This document shows, piece by piece, positions 55,417-63,993 of a DNA stretch of 64,000 nt; positions within the stretch are counted from its first letter, which is position 1; the number at the start of each line of letters is the position of its first letter. This DNA comes from Escherichia phage vB_EcoM_PTE-Eco09: sequence record PQ306574.1; one strand, written 5' to 3'. Under the pieces are notes generated by a model that saw nothing but the letters and a program-made list of their open reading frames with translations, was not told the origin of the DNA and ran no database searches. The translations under genes were made by a program, and so were the position numbers.

Positions 55417-56631
55417 ATGGCTTTCACAGTATCAATTAAATCTGACAAAAGATGTTTTCTTGCTGGAGATGGTTTCACCTTAACGGCGACTGTAGCGGGT
55501 GACGAACCATTACCCAGCAATTTGACATATACATGGACAAAAGACGACCAACCACATGAAAATAGCACAGCTACGCTATCTGTAGTAGGTGCAACAAGTG
55601 AAAATGCGGGTAGCTATAAAGTAACGGTACAGGATACCGATACGATGGAATCAGTAGAATCTGAAGTTTTCCTCATGGAAGAAGCTGAATTAATCGTAAA
55701 TATCACCGAACCGCAGCATTTCTACGTATCATCACAAACAGACGTAGAATTACATGCAACAGTAAAATTTTCTGGTGGGAAGACTCCAGCAGACAACTAT
55801 GAACTACATTATAGTTGGAGTAAGGGCGAAGACGTTATAGACACAACACAGGATATTACGATCCAAAAATTTACAGCAGATAAAAACGGCGTGTATACTG
55901 TAAAAGTGTGGGGTGAGTCGGAAGATTCAGCCGCTAGCGCATCGACTAAAATCATGCTGGCAACAATGAACGTAGATCAGGATGTGGTGGAATCAAAGAC
56001 CGTGGCACTAGGTAAGGAGATCTTACTTAATTATGTTGTGTCAGAGGACATTGTAGGCGATTCTAGCGGTATGCCTAAATTGACGATCAAACATAACTGG
56101 TATTTGCAGCGCGAAGGGCAACCGTCACCGACTCTGATCGGTAGTGAGGACGGCGAAGCACTGGAAGGATTTTCTATCATGCCAGACGGTCATCTGTTCA
56201 AAGAGAGTGCTACTTACGATGACACAGCCAAATTCTGGTGTGTTGCTAAACTATATCAACAGATTGAAGATGAACCAGTAGAAGTTGCAACAAGTACAAG
56301 TAGAAAATGTTCAATGGAAGTTGTTAAAATGTTTCGTTACGTACACCCGATCCCGTGGCGCAAAACTTCATTTATCTACATTGGATGGTGGGTATTTGAC
56401 GAGATTGTTAAATTCAATGAGGCTGGGTTAGAGTGGCGTGACCGAGAAGTTTATTCTACCAGCAAGTACGCCAAAGATCTGGAGACAATCGCGGCAGCGG
56501 AAGAAAAATATAGTGATTGCACTTGCATGGAATCTCGCAATGGTTTCATGTATCATTCCAAAGAGTTACATAAACTGGACCGAGATACGTTAGAGCGAGT
56601 TCTACGCATTCGTGAAACGCATCCTGCTTAA
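55417..56631 (+). CDS. hoc: capsid decoration protein Hoc-like (Ig-like domains)
   Basis: 404 aa; repeated Ig-like segments (TLTATV…YTWTK…AGSYKV; ELHATV…YSWSK…GVYTVKV); position near uvsW as in T4. Confidence 0.6.
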   Translation: MAFTVSIKSDKRCFLAGDGFTLTATVAGDEPLPSNLTYTWTKDDQPHENSTATLSVVGATSENAGSYKVTVQDTDTMESVESEVFLMEEAELIVNITEPQHFYVSSQTDVELHATVKFSGGKTPADNYELHYSWSKGEDVIDTTQDITIQKFTADKNGVYTVKVWGESEDSAASASTKIMLATMNVDQDVVESKTVALGKEILLNYVVSEDIVGDSSGMPKLTIKHNWYLQREGQPSPTLIGSEDGEALEGFSIMPDGHLFKESATYDDTAKFWCVAKLYQQIEDEPVEVATSTSRKCSMEVVKMFRYVHPIPWRKTSFIYIGWWVFDEIVKFNEAGLEWRDREVYSTSKYAKDLETIAAAEEKYSDCTCMESRNGFMYHSKELHKLDRDTLERVLRIRETHPA

Positions 56632-56642
56632 TGAAATCTATC

Positions 56643-56668
56643 AGCCATCCTTCGGGGTGGCTTTTTTG
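56643..56668 (+). terminator. rho-independent terminator with UUCG tetraloop
   Basis: AGCCATCC-TTCG-GGGTGGCT followed by TTTTTTG. Confidence 0.65.
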
Positions 56669-56678
56669 TTTTTAGTGC

Positions 56679-56706
56679 TTGACAGAGCGATTTAGATGCC
56701 TATAAT
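56679..56706 (+). promoter_or_regulatory. sigma70-like promoter
   Basis: TTGACA-N16-TATAAT. Confidence 0.5.
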
Positions 56707-56833
56707 GGCACGCATCGACATGCTACTGTCCATAGTGAGGCGAATAAAATATTATGAATATGGGGGTTGAAATGGCGTTGATAACTGTTACTGTATTATT
56801 CGTTGTTGTGTTTATGAATGTATGAGGTGAAGT

Positions 56834-57031
56834 ATGAATGAGATTGTACGATTGATCAAAGAAGCACCAATCGAGATGTATTTTCTGGCTTTGGTTGCAA
56901 CAATGGTCTATCAGCTAGTCGCATGTCATGTGTGGAAGTCGGAAAATGCTTTTATCCGGTTTTTTGGTACTGTCATGATCCAGTTTCCGGTACTGATCAC
57001 TATCCTGTTAATCGTCAATGGGGCGAAGTGA
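56834..57031 (+). CDS. small hydrophobic protein (65 aa)
   Basis: Two predicted TM segments; SD GAGGTGAAG upstream. Confidence 0.35.
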   Translation: MNEIVRLIKEAPIEMYFLALVATMVYQLVACHVWKSENAFIRFFGTVMIQFPVLITILLIVNGAK

Positions 57032-57306
57032 TGGACAAGAAAACAGCGTTAATGGTTTACATGCTACGAGAAGACCACGGTCTTAATTTTGTTGATATTG
57101 CTAAAAAGATTGGCGGGATCAGCGGACAAGATGCGGCTAAGGCATGGTTGATGGTAAAAGATGCACGCGAGGCTTACGCCAGCCGCGAAAAGGTTGTTTA
57201 TCGTAAACACCATATCAACAAAAAATTTAAAAATAAAGTTCAAAAACGTGTTGACAAGCCAAATAACACTGTTATAATGGACGCATTCAAACGGGCAATG
57301 TCCTGA
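57031..57306 (+). CDS. hypothetical basic protein (91 aa), possibly DNA-binding
   Basis: Internal ATG of track ORF 56923-57306; start overlaps previous stop; Lys/Arg-rich C-terminus. Confidence 0.4.
   Translation: MDKKTALMVYMLREDHGLNFVDIAKKIGGISGQDAAKAWLMVKDAREAYASREKVVYRKHHINKKFKNKVQKRVDKPNNTVIMDAFKRAMS
57251..57278 (+). promoter_or_regulatory. sigma70-like promoter inside 3' end of upstream ORF
   Basis: TTGACA-N16-TATAAT. Confidence 0.5.
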
Positions 57307-57352
57307 TTTGTAATTAATATTCTGAATAACTAATCAATAGAGGTGACTAATT

Positions 57353-57790
57353 ATGAAATTCCGTAAAAACCACGTAGCAATGAAAAAGGCAATGTTCGAA
57401 GCATTCAAAGCAGTTGATCAGGGCGGTGTTACTCTGATTGAGCAAATTAATGTTGATGTTTGGCAATCTCCGGCGATCACCTGCTCCCGTCTTGCTACGG
57501 CTGGCCTTCTGAAAGTTCACAGCTCTACCGCATACGACGAAGCATTGCAAGTCATTAAGGCTTTTGCGGGAGACGTTACCAGCAAGTGGGTCTATGTGAA
57601 TAAAGGTGAAATTGCGGTTGCTCACGTAGGCAACAATATTCAGATGGAAATCAAGATTAAGGAAGGGTCTAAACGCAATCAGATGCTTGTTCGATTCCAA
57701 CCATACAAAACTAACGTAGTGCCGGATGATCTGATCATCTCTAAGAGTAATGTTACCATTCGCCGAAATCAGATCGTTATCAACAAATAA
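57353..57790 (+). CDS. hypothetical protein (145 aa)
   Basis: ATG ORF with SD GAGGTGA. Confidence 0.5.
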   Translation: MKFRKNHVAMKKAMFEAFKAVDQGGVTLIEQINVDVWQSPAITCSRLATAGLLKVHSSTAYDEALQVIKAFAGDVTSKWVYVNKGEIAVAHVGNNIQMEIKIKEGSKRNQMLVRFQPYKTNVVPDDLIISKSNVTIRRNQIVINK

Positions 57791-57798
57791 TTAACATT

Positions 57799-57824
57799 AG
57801 CCGTCCTTCGGGGCGGCTTTTTTG
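57799..57824 (+). terminator. rho-independent terminator with UUCG tetraloop
   Basis: AGCCGTCC-TTCG-GGGCGGCT followed by TTTTTT; covaries with the 56643 terminator. Confidence 0.65.
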
Positions 57825-57825
57825 T

Positions 57826-58200
57826 ATATGTTATTAACATAATTTTAGTTTACATGTGCACAATATTAATACTGTTTGATTAAATTATGATCAAAACGAA
57901 GAAAGATCTTTAGAACATAGAAAATGTATCTTTGGTTAATTATTAATCACTACATATTGTAACACAAATGTTATACTCCGTAGGAGTTCGCGAAGCGATA
58001 TCCTTTTGTGTAGTTTTTACATGTATGATTAAATTATGATCAAAACGAAGACTTATCTTATAGAATAATAAAAATTTGTTTCGAACATTTATTAATCAAT
58101 TACTGGAAGTGTTTTTAATGCTCGCTGTGCTCGCTTCCGCTACGCGGATACTTGTATTTGTTATTAACTTGTAGTATGATATTGCTTTCTATGGAGGAAA
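57826..58200. repeat. AT-rich intergenic region with two ~45-nt direct repeats
   Basis: TACATGT-GATTAAATTATGATCAAAACGAAGA at about 57850-57905 and 58017-58052; GTTATTAAC at 57828 and 58160; TTCGCGAA palindrome. Confidence 0.5.
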
Positions 58201-58204
58201 TATT

Positions 58205-58792
58205 ATGTTTGACCAGTTACAAGATCTATTTGGAGTAAAACCACTTCGTAGATGTGCTTTAATCGGCTCTAGAAAAGCGCCTAGCGACATTTTGATAATG
58301 GCTAGTACCATTGGGAGGGTATTGTCAGAAAATCGCGTTGTAGCGCATTCTGGAGGGGCTTACGGTATGGACAATGCTTTCATGAAGTATTACGATCCAG
58401 AGTATAGAAAAATTTTCATTCCAAATTGGAAGTTTTATGACCACAAGCATAACGGTCATGATGTGATTGCATGGCAAACCTTAGAACAAAAAAATCTGGC
58501 GATGGATGAATTAGAACACGTTTATGATAATCCTCGTTCTATACCGTTATACATGCAAAATCTGTTTTCTAGAAATGTTGCTCAAGTCTTAGGTGAGACA
58601 CTTGATGATCCTGTAGATTGTGTGATATTCTGGGCGAAAGAAGTTAATGGAATCGTTTCTGGAGGAACTAGAATTGCTGTTTATGTTGCCCGTAGACATG
58701 GGATACCATGTTTTAACTTATATCATCAAGAAAATAGATCCGCCGTCGAAAAAATCTTGGGCGGATCTGACTTGTCTTGGTTAGATATTTAG
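58205..58792 (+). CDS. DprA/Smf-like (SLOG-superfamily Rossmann) protein
   Basis: 195 aa; IGSRKAPSD…VVAHSGGAYGMD and C-terminal IVSGGTRIAVYVARRHGIPCFNL match the DprA-type Rossmann core pattern. Confidence 0.45.
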   Translation: MFDQLQDLFGVKPLRRCALIGSRKAPSDILIMASTIGRVLSENRVVAHSGGAYGMDNAFMKYYDPEYRKIFIPNWKFYDHKHNGHDVIAWQTLEQKNLAMDELEHVYDNPRSIPLYMQNLFSRNVAQVLGETLDDPVDCVIFWAKEVNGIVSGGTRIAVYVARRHGIPCFNLYHQENRSAVEKILGGSDLSWLDI

Positions 58793-60034
58793 TTAAGCGT
58801 TGTCAATCTCAAGCGGTGGCAGTTCGATTCCTAAAATGTAGGACATTTCTGAACGTCCAGCCATTTTACCCCAATCGTCACCCTTGATGACCTGGTGTTC
58901 TTCCTGATCAACTTTTGATGTATATGGGTTGACAGAGAGTGAATAACGATTCATAATAGCTACATGATGCTGGAAGCTATTAGGGTCAATTACACTCTTA
59001 TACGCGCCAGCGCCGTCGGCTTCTGTATATGGGGAGTAGAACAGAGAACCTACACTCTCCATATCACCGATCATGTGCTTACAACCAACGAGCATATAAT
59101 CGAAAGGTGTTGTCGTGTCTGCGTACACTTCCAGACCGCAACGTAGACGACCTTCGCTTAGAGCATTGTCGGTTTCTTCCATCCAACCGGAAGATTGCAG
59201 GAGGCCAACCACGCGAGAAGACGCCAAAACGTATGTACCAGCAAAGGAGGAAGTCCGCAACATTTGATTGCTCATTTCGCAAGCATAGCGGTAAAGTTCA
59301 CGCGCTTGTGTTGGTGCATCCTGAACGCTAACGAGAGAAAGTACGCCATCAGGGGTGATCCCTTTAATTTTATAGCGAGATGATACAGTGATCAACTTCT
59401 GAATAATATCTTTGTTGATCTCTTCGGAAGCAACAGTAGCCAGAAGATCAATTACAGAGTTTTCAGAGTTGATTTGGCTTGCCTCAAGATCCTGCATCAA
59501 TTCGGTCGTGAATGAGGTTTTCAGTTTACGAGAACCTACATTAACTTGCCACTTGTCAAACTGCATAGAGGTAGACGCAATTTCGGTGTTTTTATCTTCA
59601 AAGTATTCTACCGATGCACAATCGCTATAGAAACGAATTTTGTTTGTCATTACGCCTTTAAAGATCGCAGCTTCTGGAGTTGCGGCATCTTCACCGACTG
59701 TACCAGCGGTCACAACTTCGTATACAACATCGCCTGATTTGAATAGTGCGCCTTCGTCATAAGATTTTTCTTTTGAAAACTCTTCAATCTCTGTGCGATC
59801 ACCAACCGCGCCACCGTAGGTTGCAGCAGTTCGGAAAGTCATCTGACCATCATGATTAAGATAACGTAGGCCGTACAATGCAGATACTGGTTGATCCGTT
59901 GGCTGGATTGCTACCAGATCAGAGAAAATCAGGTTGTTTACCGCGCGAGTTAATGATAATAGTTGCGGTCGCGCTGTCTGGTTAGCTACTGAGGAAGTAG
60001 ATTCCCGCAACAGTTCAGTAAAAATATGAGTCAT
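58793..60034 (-). CDS. 24: head vertex protein gp24
   Basis: About 413 aa; adjacent to gene 23 and similar to it in places (paralog relation as in T4); start at Met 38-45 nt downstream of a TATAAATA late promoter. Confidence 0.75.
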   Translation of the reverse strand: MTHIFTELLRESTSSVANQTARPQLLSLTRAVNNLIFSDLVAIQPTDQPVSALYGLRYLNHDGQMTFRTAATYGGAVGDRTEIEEFSKEKSYDEGALFKSGDVVYEVVTAGTVGEDAATPEAAIFKGVMTNKIRFYSDCASVEYFEDKNTEIASTSMQFDKWQVNVGSRKLKTSFTTELMQDLEASQINSENSVIDLLATVASEEINKDIIQKLITVSSRYKIKGITPDGVLSLVSVQDAPTQARELYRYACEMSNQMLRTSSFAGTYVLASSRVVGLLQSSGWMEETDNALSEGRLRCGLEVYADTTTPFDYMLVGCKHMIGDMESVGSLFYSPYTEADGAGAYKSVIDPNSFQHHVAIMNRYSLSVNPYTSKVDQEEHQVIKGDDWGKMAGRSEMSYILGIELPPLEIDNA

Positions 60035-60071
60035 GTTTATGAATCCTGTATTTGCCTTAATGGATATATCA

Positions 60072-60079
60072 TATTTATA
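60072..60079 (-). promoter_or_regulatory. T4-type late promoter (TATAAATA) for gene 24
   Basis: TATAAATA on minus strand upstream of gene 24 start. Confidence 0.55.
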
Positions 60080-60118
60080 CAAAAAGAAAAAGGAATCCAA
60101 AGGATTCCAAAAATAAAC

Positions 60119-60271
60119 TTACTTCTTCCTAGAAACATTATCAACGCTACGGTTAACTTTGTTTACCAGATTAATTGCATGATCAGAACGAATAATTGCA
60201 TAAGCTAATGCTAACATCAATTCGTTGTATTCCTTACGAGTCATAACATAGCTGTTTTCTTTCTTACTCAT
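60119..60271 (-). CDS. hypothetical small protein (50 aa)
   Basis: Strong SD AAGGAGG 6 nt before ATG; MSKKENSYVMTRKEYNELMLALAYAIIRSD…; hand-derived. Confidence 0.4.
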   Translation of the reverse strand: MSKKENSYVMTRKEYNELMLALAYAIIRSDHAINLVNKVNRSVDNVSRKK

Positions 60272-60566
60272 GCATTCCTCCTTATGGAGAATTTTGGGTT
60301 AGTTCAGGGAACAGCGTACCAAAACCAAAAATTACCGCTAGCGTCACGCTGGAATGCCATAACAAGGTCCGTCATACACCAGATCTTGTATATCTATCAA
60401 ATCTATCCGACCCAACATCAGCATGAACGCTCATTTCATTCATTGGTCCCTTTGCCATGCAGTTACTACGAAAATTGGTGGAATTGTTTGTTGTGTGTAT
60501 CTATTTTCGCTCCCAATAGAATATAGGCTTGCAACCTTATTTATGACGGGTTATAATACGCAAAAA

Positions 60567-60592
60567 GGGAAGACCCTTTCGAGTCTTCCCTT
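60567..60592 (-). terminator. terminator after gene 23
   Basis: GGGAAGAC-TCGAAAGG-GTCTTCCC followed by TTTTT on minus strand; second hairpin GGTCGGGT/ACCCGACC at about 60633-60653. Confidence 0.55.
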
Positions 60593-60675
60593 TGGAATTA
60601 ACACTTTACACTGTCATAAGGTTTATGATAGGTCGGGTATTGCACCCGACCGGAGTTTTTCAGGAATTGCTTATA

Positions 60676-62259
60676 TTAGCAACCTTTAACCCAAACACGA
60701 CGGAAGTATGCGTTTTTACCTACGCTGTCTTTGCTCAACATACCGGAGGTGATGCGAGCGGACGGTGACTGGGATTTGCTGTCTGCAAACGGGTTAATAC
60801 CGATGCCGTAGCGAGTCTTGAAGCCAAGAACCGGGTGGAAAGACTGCGGGTCAGTTGCACGCAGCGGAGTCAGAGCAACATACGGAGCATAGTAGATACC
60901 AGCATCCATTTCGTTATCGCCTTTGTAACCTACGGTGAAGTAGTCCTGACGAGCATACTGGTCGATGAATACTTTGTACTTACCAGCCAGAACACCAGCG
61001 AAAACAGCTTTAGTGGTGTCGGTATTCAGACCCTGTGCAGCACCCTGCATAGCAAGACTGATACCCTGATCAGCAGAAGCCAGAATGTTTACAACGTTAC
61101 GGGAAGCGATAATAAAGTTACCAGCACCGCGACCAGTCTGACGAGCGATTTCAGCAGCTTCTTTGTCGATCTGGTAGATCAGAGATTTGAAGGATTCACC
61201 AGCCCAACGAGCACCGCGAGTATCGATCGGGTCTTGCAGGTCAAATACACCAGCTTTAGAACCAACGGTCTGAGTCATACCAGTCTTACCAACCTGAGCG
61301 GTAAAGTTGATCACATCAACGATTTCGCGGTTGATTTCCAGCAGAACTTCGTTAGCCAGGATAGCATTCAGTTCGGCATCAGCATCCATACCGTGTACAG
61401 CACGCAGATCCTGCGCAACTTCGATAGAGTAACGAGCTTTCAGTTGGCGAGATTTCGCTTCAACAACCTGTTTGTCAATACGCATTGACATTTCGTTCCA
61501 CGGGTTATTCTGAGAACCATTAAACCCTTGCTGCAATTCAGCGATGGAAGTAGCCATACCAGCAGCAATTTCAGCCAGTTCGCCTTTTTCGATCAGCTTC
61601 ATTACGCATTCATCAAGGGTATCTCCCGCCTGAGTAGGTGTTACGGTAGAACCTTTAACGTTTTGCAGATATGCAATACCAGTCTGTTCGAATACGTGAT
61701 ATACAATATCACCTTCGTTGATTGCTTGGCTGTTTTGCAGTTTCTGGAATGCAGTACCAGTCGGAGAGCTTGCGGTTGCGTCTTTAGCGGCAAGAGAGCT
61801 ATGATATACATCCGGCGCAAACATCGGGTGGAATGCTTCGCGAGCATCGGATTTCAGCGGATCGCCACCGTATACAGAACGGATTGCAAAGATCTGGCTA
61901 GTCGGAGTGCTCATCGGCTGAACGCCACAAATATCAAATGCGATCAGGTTAGGGATAGCACGGCGAACCATACCGATAACAGCCGGACCTACGTTGGTGA
62001 TTGCACCAGTGGTCTGACCTGCGGCGATTTTGGATGCATCGTAACCGTGGTCGCCAGCAACTTCTGCTTCGGTGATAAAGCCACCAAATGCTTCAACAAC
62101 TTTTTCATCCTTATAGATCGGGTCTACAGCAAAATCCGCTTCCTGAGATTCCAGAATTTTAGCAACCAGTTTCTGCTTAGACGCAGTTGCGATTTCCGGC
62201 AGTTTTTCGTTCTCCAGCAGCGGGGACCATTTTTCCATCAGTTCTTTGGTAGTTTTCAT
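60676..62259 (-). CDS. 23: major capsid protein gp23
   Basis: 527 aa; near-colinear identity to T4 gp23 (PEIA, KDEK, GDHGY, IAAGQT, GPAV-GMVRRAIPNLIAFDICGVQPM, SIAELQ-GFNGS-NPWNEM, RIDKQV-EAKSRQLKA-YSIE-AQDLRAVHGMDADAEL, GIYYAPYVALTPLR). Confidence 0.97.
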   Translation of the reverse strand: MKTTKELMEKWSPLLENEKLPEIATASKQKLVAKILESQEADFAVDPIYKDEKVVEAFGGFITEAEVAGDHGYDASKIAAGQTTGAITNVGPAVIGMVRRAIPNLIAFDICGVQPMSTPTSQIFAIRSVYGGDPLKSDAREAFHPMFAPDVYHSSLAAKDATASSPTGTAFQKLQNSQAINEGDIVYHVFEQTGIAYLQNVKGSTVTPTQAGDTLDECVMKLIEKGELAEIAAGMATSIAELQQGFNGSQNNPWNEMSMRIDKQVVEAKSRQLKARYSIEVAQDLRAVHGMDADAELNAILANEVLLEINREIVDVINFTAQVGKTGMTQTVGSKAGVFDLQDPIDTRGARWAGESFKSLIYQIDKEAAEIARQTGRGAGNFIIASRNVVNILASADQGISLAMQGAAQGLNTDTTKAVFAGVLAGKYKVFIDQYARQDYFTVGYKGDNEMDAGIYYAPYVALTPLRATDPQSFHPVLGFKTRYGIGINPFADSKSQSPSARITSGMLSKDSVGKNAYFRRVWVKGC

Positions 62260-62292
62260 GTTCTTTAAACCTTGTTTGTTGTTAACCTAAAG

Positions 62293-62300
62293 TATTTATA
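62293..62300 (-). promoter_or_regulatory. T4-type late promoter (TATAAATA) for gene 23
   Basis: TATAAATA on minus strand 34-41 nt upstream of gene 23 ATG. Confidence 0.6.
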
Positions 62301-62318
62301 AAGTAGATTTGAATTACA

Positions 62319-63113
62319 TTAGATGAAATTCAGGTAGCGGGATACGCCGGAATCTACAGTTGCCTTTTTCTCTGATTCTTCGACAGCTTCTGCAATAACA
62401 TTCAGCTTGTCGGCATCAGTATTTAGTGATTCTTCAATCTTCGCTGGTTTGTCTTCTTTCTTAGCAACCATTTCGACAATTGCAGTTAATTTCTTATCGA
62501 AAGTTTCGCTATATTCCAGACCTTCAATCAGCGCGGTTACTTTTTCTTTCTGAGTATCGGAAAGATCACGAGTGCTTTCATTGATCGCTTGTTCTCGCTT
62601 CATGCCACGAATTTCGCTTTCAAGTTGCAGTTTGGCATCAAAGAGTTCAGAGGTTTTTTCTTTTTCTTCTTTGAGTGCTTCGTCAAGTTCAGCAACAACG
62701 TCTACAGATTCTTCCGGTACTACAACATTGTGAGTAACGAAAACATCTTTCAGAGAACCAATCAGGGATTCGCACAGATCCGCTTTAATATTACGGGTGA
62801 CGGCTTCTTTATTTTCTGCCAGCCATTTAGCGCCTAAGTGATTCAGGAATTTGTCTGCATCTTCGTACAGTTTGGTTTCAATCTCGGTGCGTGCTTCTTC
62901 GACCTTTGATTCTACCAGTTCATCGGCTTTAGCGGCGATTTTTTCAATGTGGCTTTCTGCCAGAGCAACAGCATTAGCTTTTACCGCCTGAGCGTAGATA
63001 GTACCAAAATTTTCTTTTACTTCCGGCGACAGTTCGACGGATTCAAACAGGTCATCGAGAGCAACGTCTACGGTGATCTGTTTTGCTTCTTCGAGCAGCA
63101 TTTCTTTAAGCAT
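62319..63113 (-). CDS. 22: prohead core scaffold protein gp22
   Basis: 264 aa, highly charged coiled-coil-like protein between 21 and 23; T4 gp22 size. Confidence 0.75.
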   Translation of the reverse strand: MLKEMLLEEAKQITVDVALDDLFESVELSPEVKENFGTIYAQAVKANAVALAESHIEKIAAKADELVESKVEEARTEIETKLYEDADKFLNHLGAKWLAENKEAVTRNIKADLCESLIGSLKDVFVTHNVVVPEESVDVVAELDEALKEEKEKTSELFDAKLQLESEIRGMKREQAINESTRDLSDTQKEKVTALIEGLEYSETFDKKLTAIVEMVAKKEDKPAKIEESLNTDADKLNVIAEAVEESEKKATVDSGVSRYLNFI

Positions 63114-63144
63114 GGTTATAACCTTCTTGTTGATAACGACGTTA

Positions 63145-63840
63145 TTATTTATAGCGTTTAGATAACGCTTCTGCGAGCGCCATAAACGCGCTATTATTCG
63201 ATTCTACGATGTTTTGTTGTGAGGCTGTAGGGTTAGTCACTTTTTCGGTTTTGTCGCTTTCTGGTGCGTCTGACGAGCTAGAATCGCTATCCGTTGACTC
63301 AACCACCGGAGTTACCCACGCATCAGGTGCGCTCGGACCCCATACAACATCAACACCAACCGTCAACACAAAACCTTCCTGTACAATATTGTATCCGCGA
63401 CCGGAGTCTTTCAACCGACCCAACCCACGGGAGGAAACGCCAGGAATCCAGCCAGCGCGAATCAGTGCAGCAAGTTTATCACCTGCGCCTTTATCCCCTT
63501 CAATAACACGGGCTTTACCCATCACGTTATTACCTTCCCACCATAATTTTTCAATTATGATGCAAGCATTAGATGGATCTGGCATTGCTCTTGCTGGGTG
63601 ATTAAGTTCGCCTAGAGCTTGATGTGTCTCAACTTGTTCATGTATGTATTTAGTAACCGCATTTTCTAGAACACTGCGAGGATACCAGCGTTTATTGCGG
63701 TTTACTGTTTCGGCTTGCAGGAAAATCCCTTGAATATAGAGATTTCCTGTAGCCTTATCATCAAATGATTCAAGCAATGACGAACTACCGCGAGCACAAG
63801 GAACGCCCCATTGTTCGATCAGTAATTCGTTCTTTTCCAT
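63145..63840 (-). CDS. 21: prohead core protease gp21
   Basis: 231 aa; conserved His (GELNHP) and Ser (GVSSRGLG) regions typical of T4-type prohead protease; position upstream of 22. Confidence 0.75.
   Translation of the reverse strand: MEKNELLIEQWGVPCARGSSSLLESFDDKATGNLYIQGIFLQAETVNRNKRWYPRSVLENAVTKYIHEQVETHQALGELNHPARAMPDPSNACIIIEKLWWEGNNVMGKARVIEGDKGAGDKLAALIRAGWIPGVSSRGLGRLKDSGRGYNIVQEGFVLTVGVDVVWGPSAPDAWVTPVVESTDSDSSSSDAPESDKTEKVTNPTASQQNIVESNNSAFMALAEALSKRYK
63146..63153 (-). promoter_or_regulatory. T4-type late promoter (TATAAATA) for gene 22, inside 3' end of gene 21
   Basis: TATAAATA on minus strand 33-40 nt upstream of gene 22 ATG. Confidence 0.5.
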
Positions 63841-63852
63841 GTTGTTTCCTGT

Positions 63853-63993
63853 TATAATCCTAACGCCTTACGTTTACGCATTGCTTTTTTGCGCTTACGT
63901 TCCGCATGACGTTCGATAGATGGATTTGCACGTTTGGTTTTTGCAGCACGACGGGCAATTTGACGGCGTTTAGCTTTGCTTAGGCCAGTAGTC
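63853..63993 (-). CDS. small basic protein (about 46 aa), possibly a prohead core/internal protein
   Basis: [47 protein letters not shown]; immediately upstream of gene 21; hand-derived. Confidence 0.3.

Noticed and set aside
60835-62268. Plus-strand ORFs of 217 and 246 aa inside gene 23
   Set aside because: Antisense to the major capsid gene, which is near-identical to T4 gp23; low-complexity translations.
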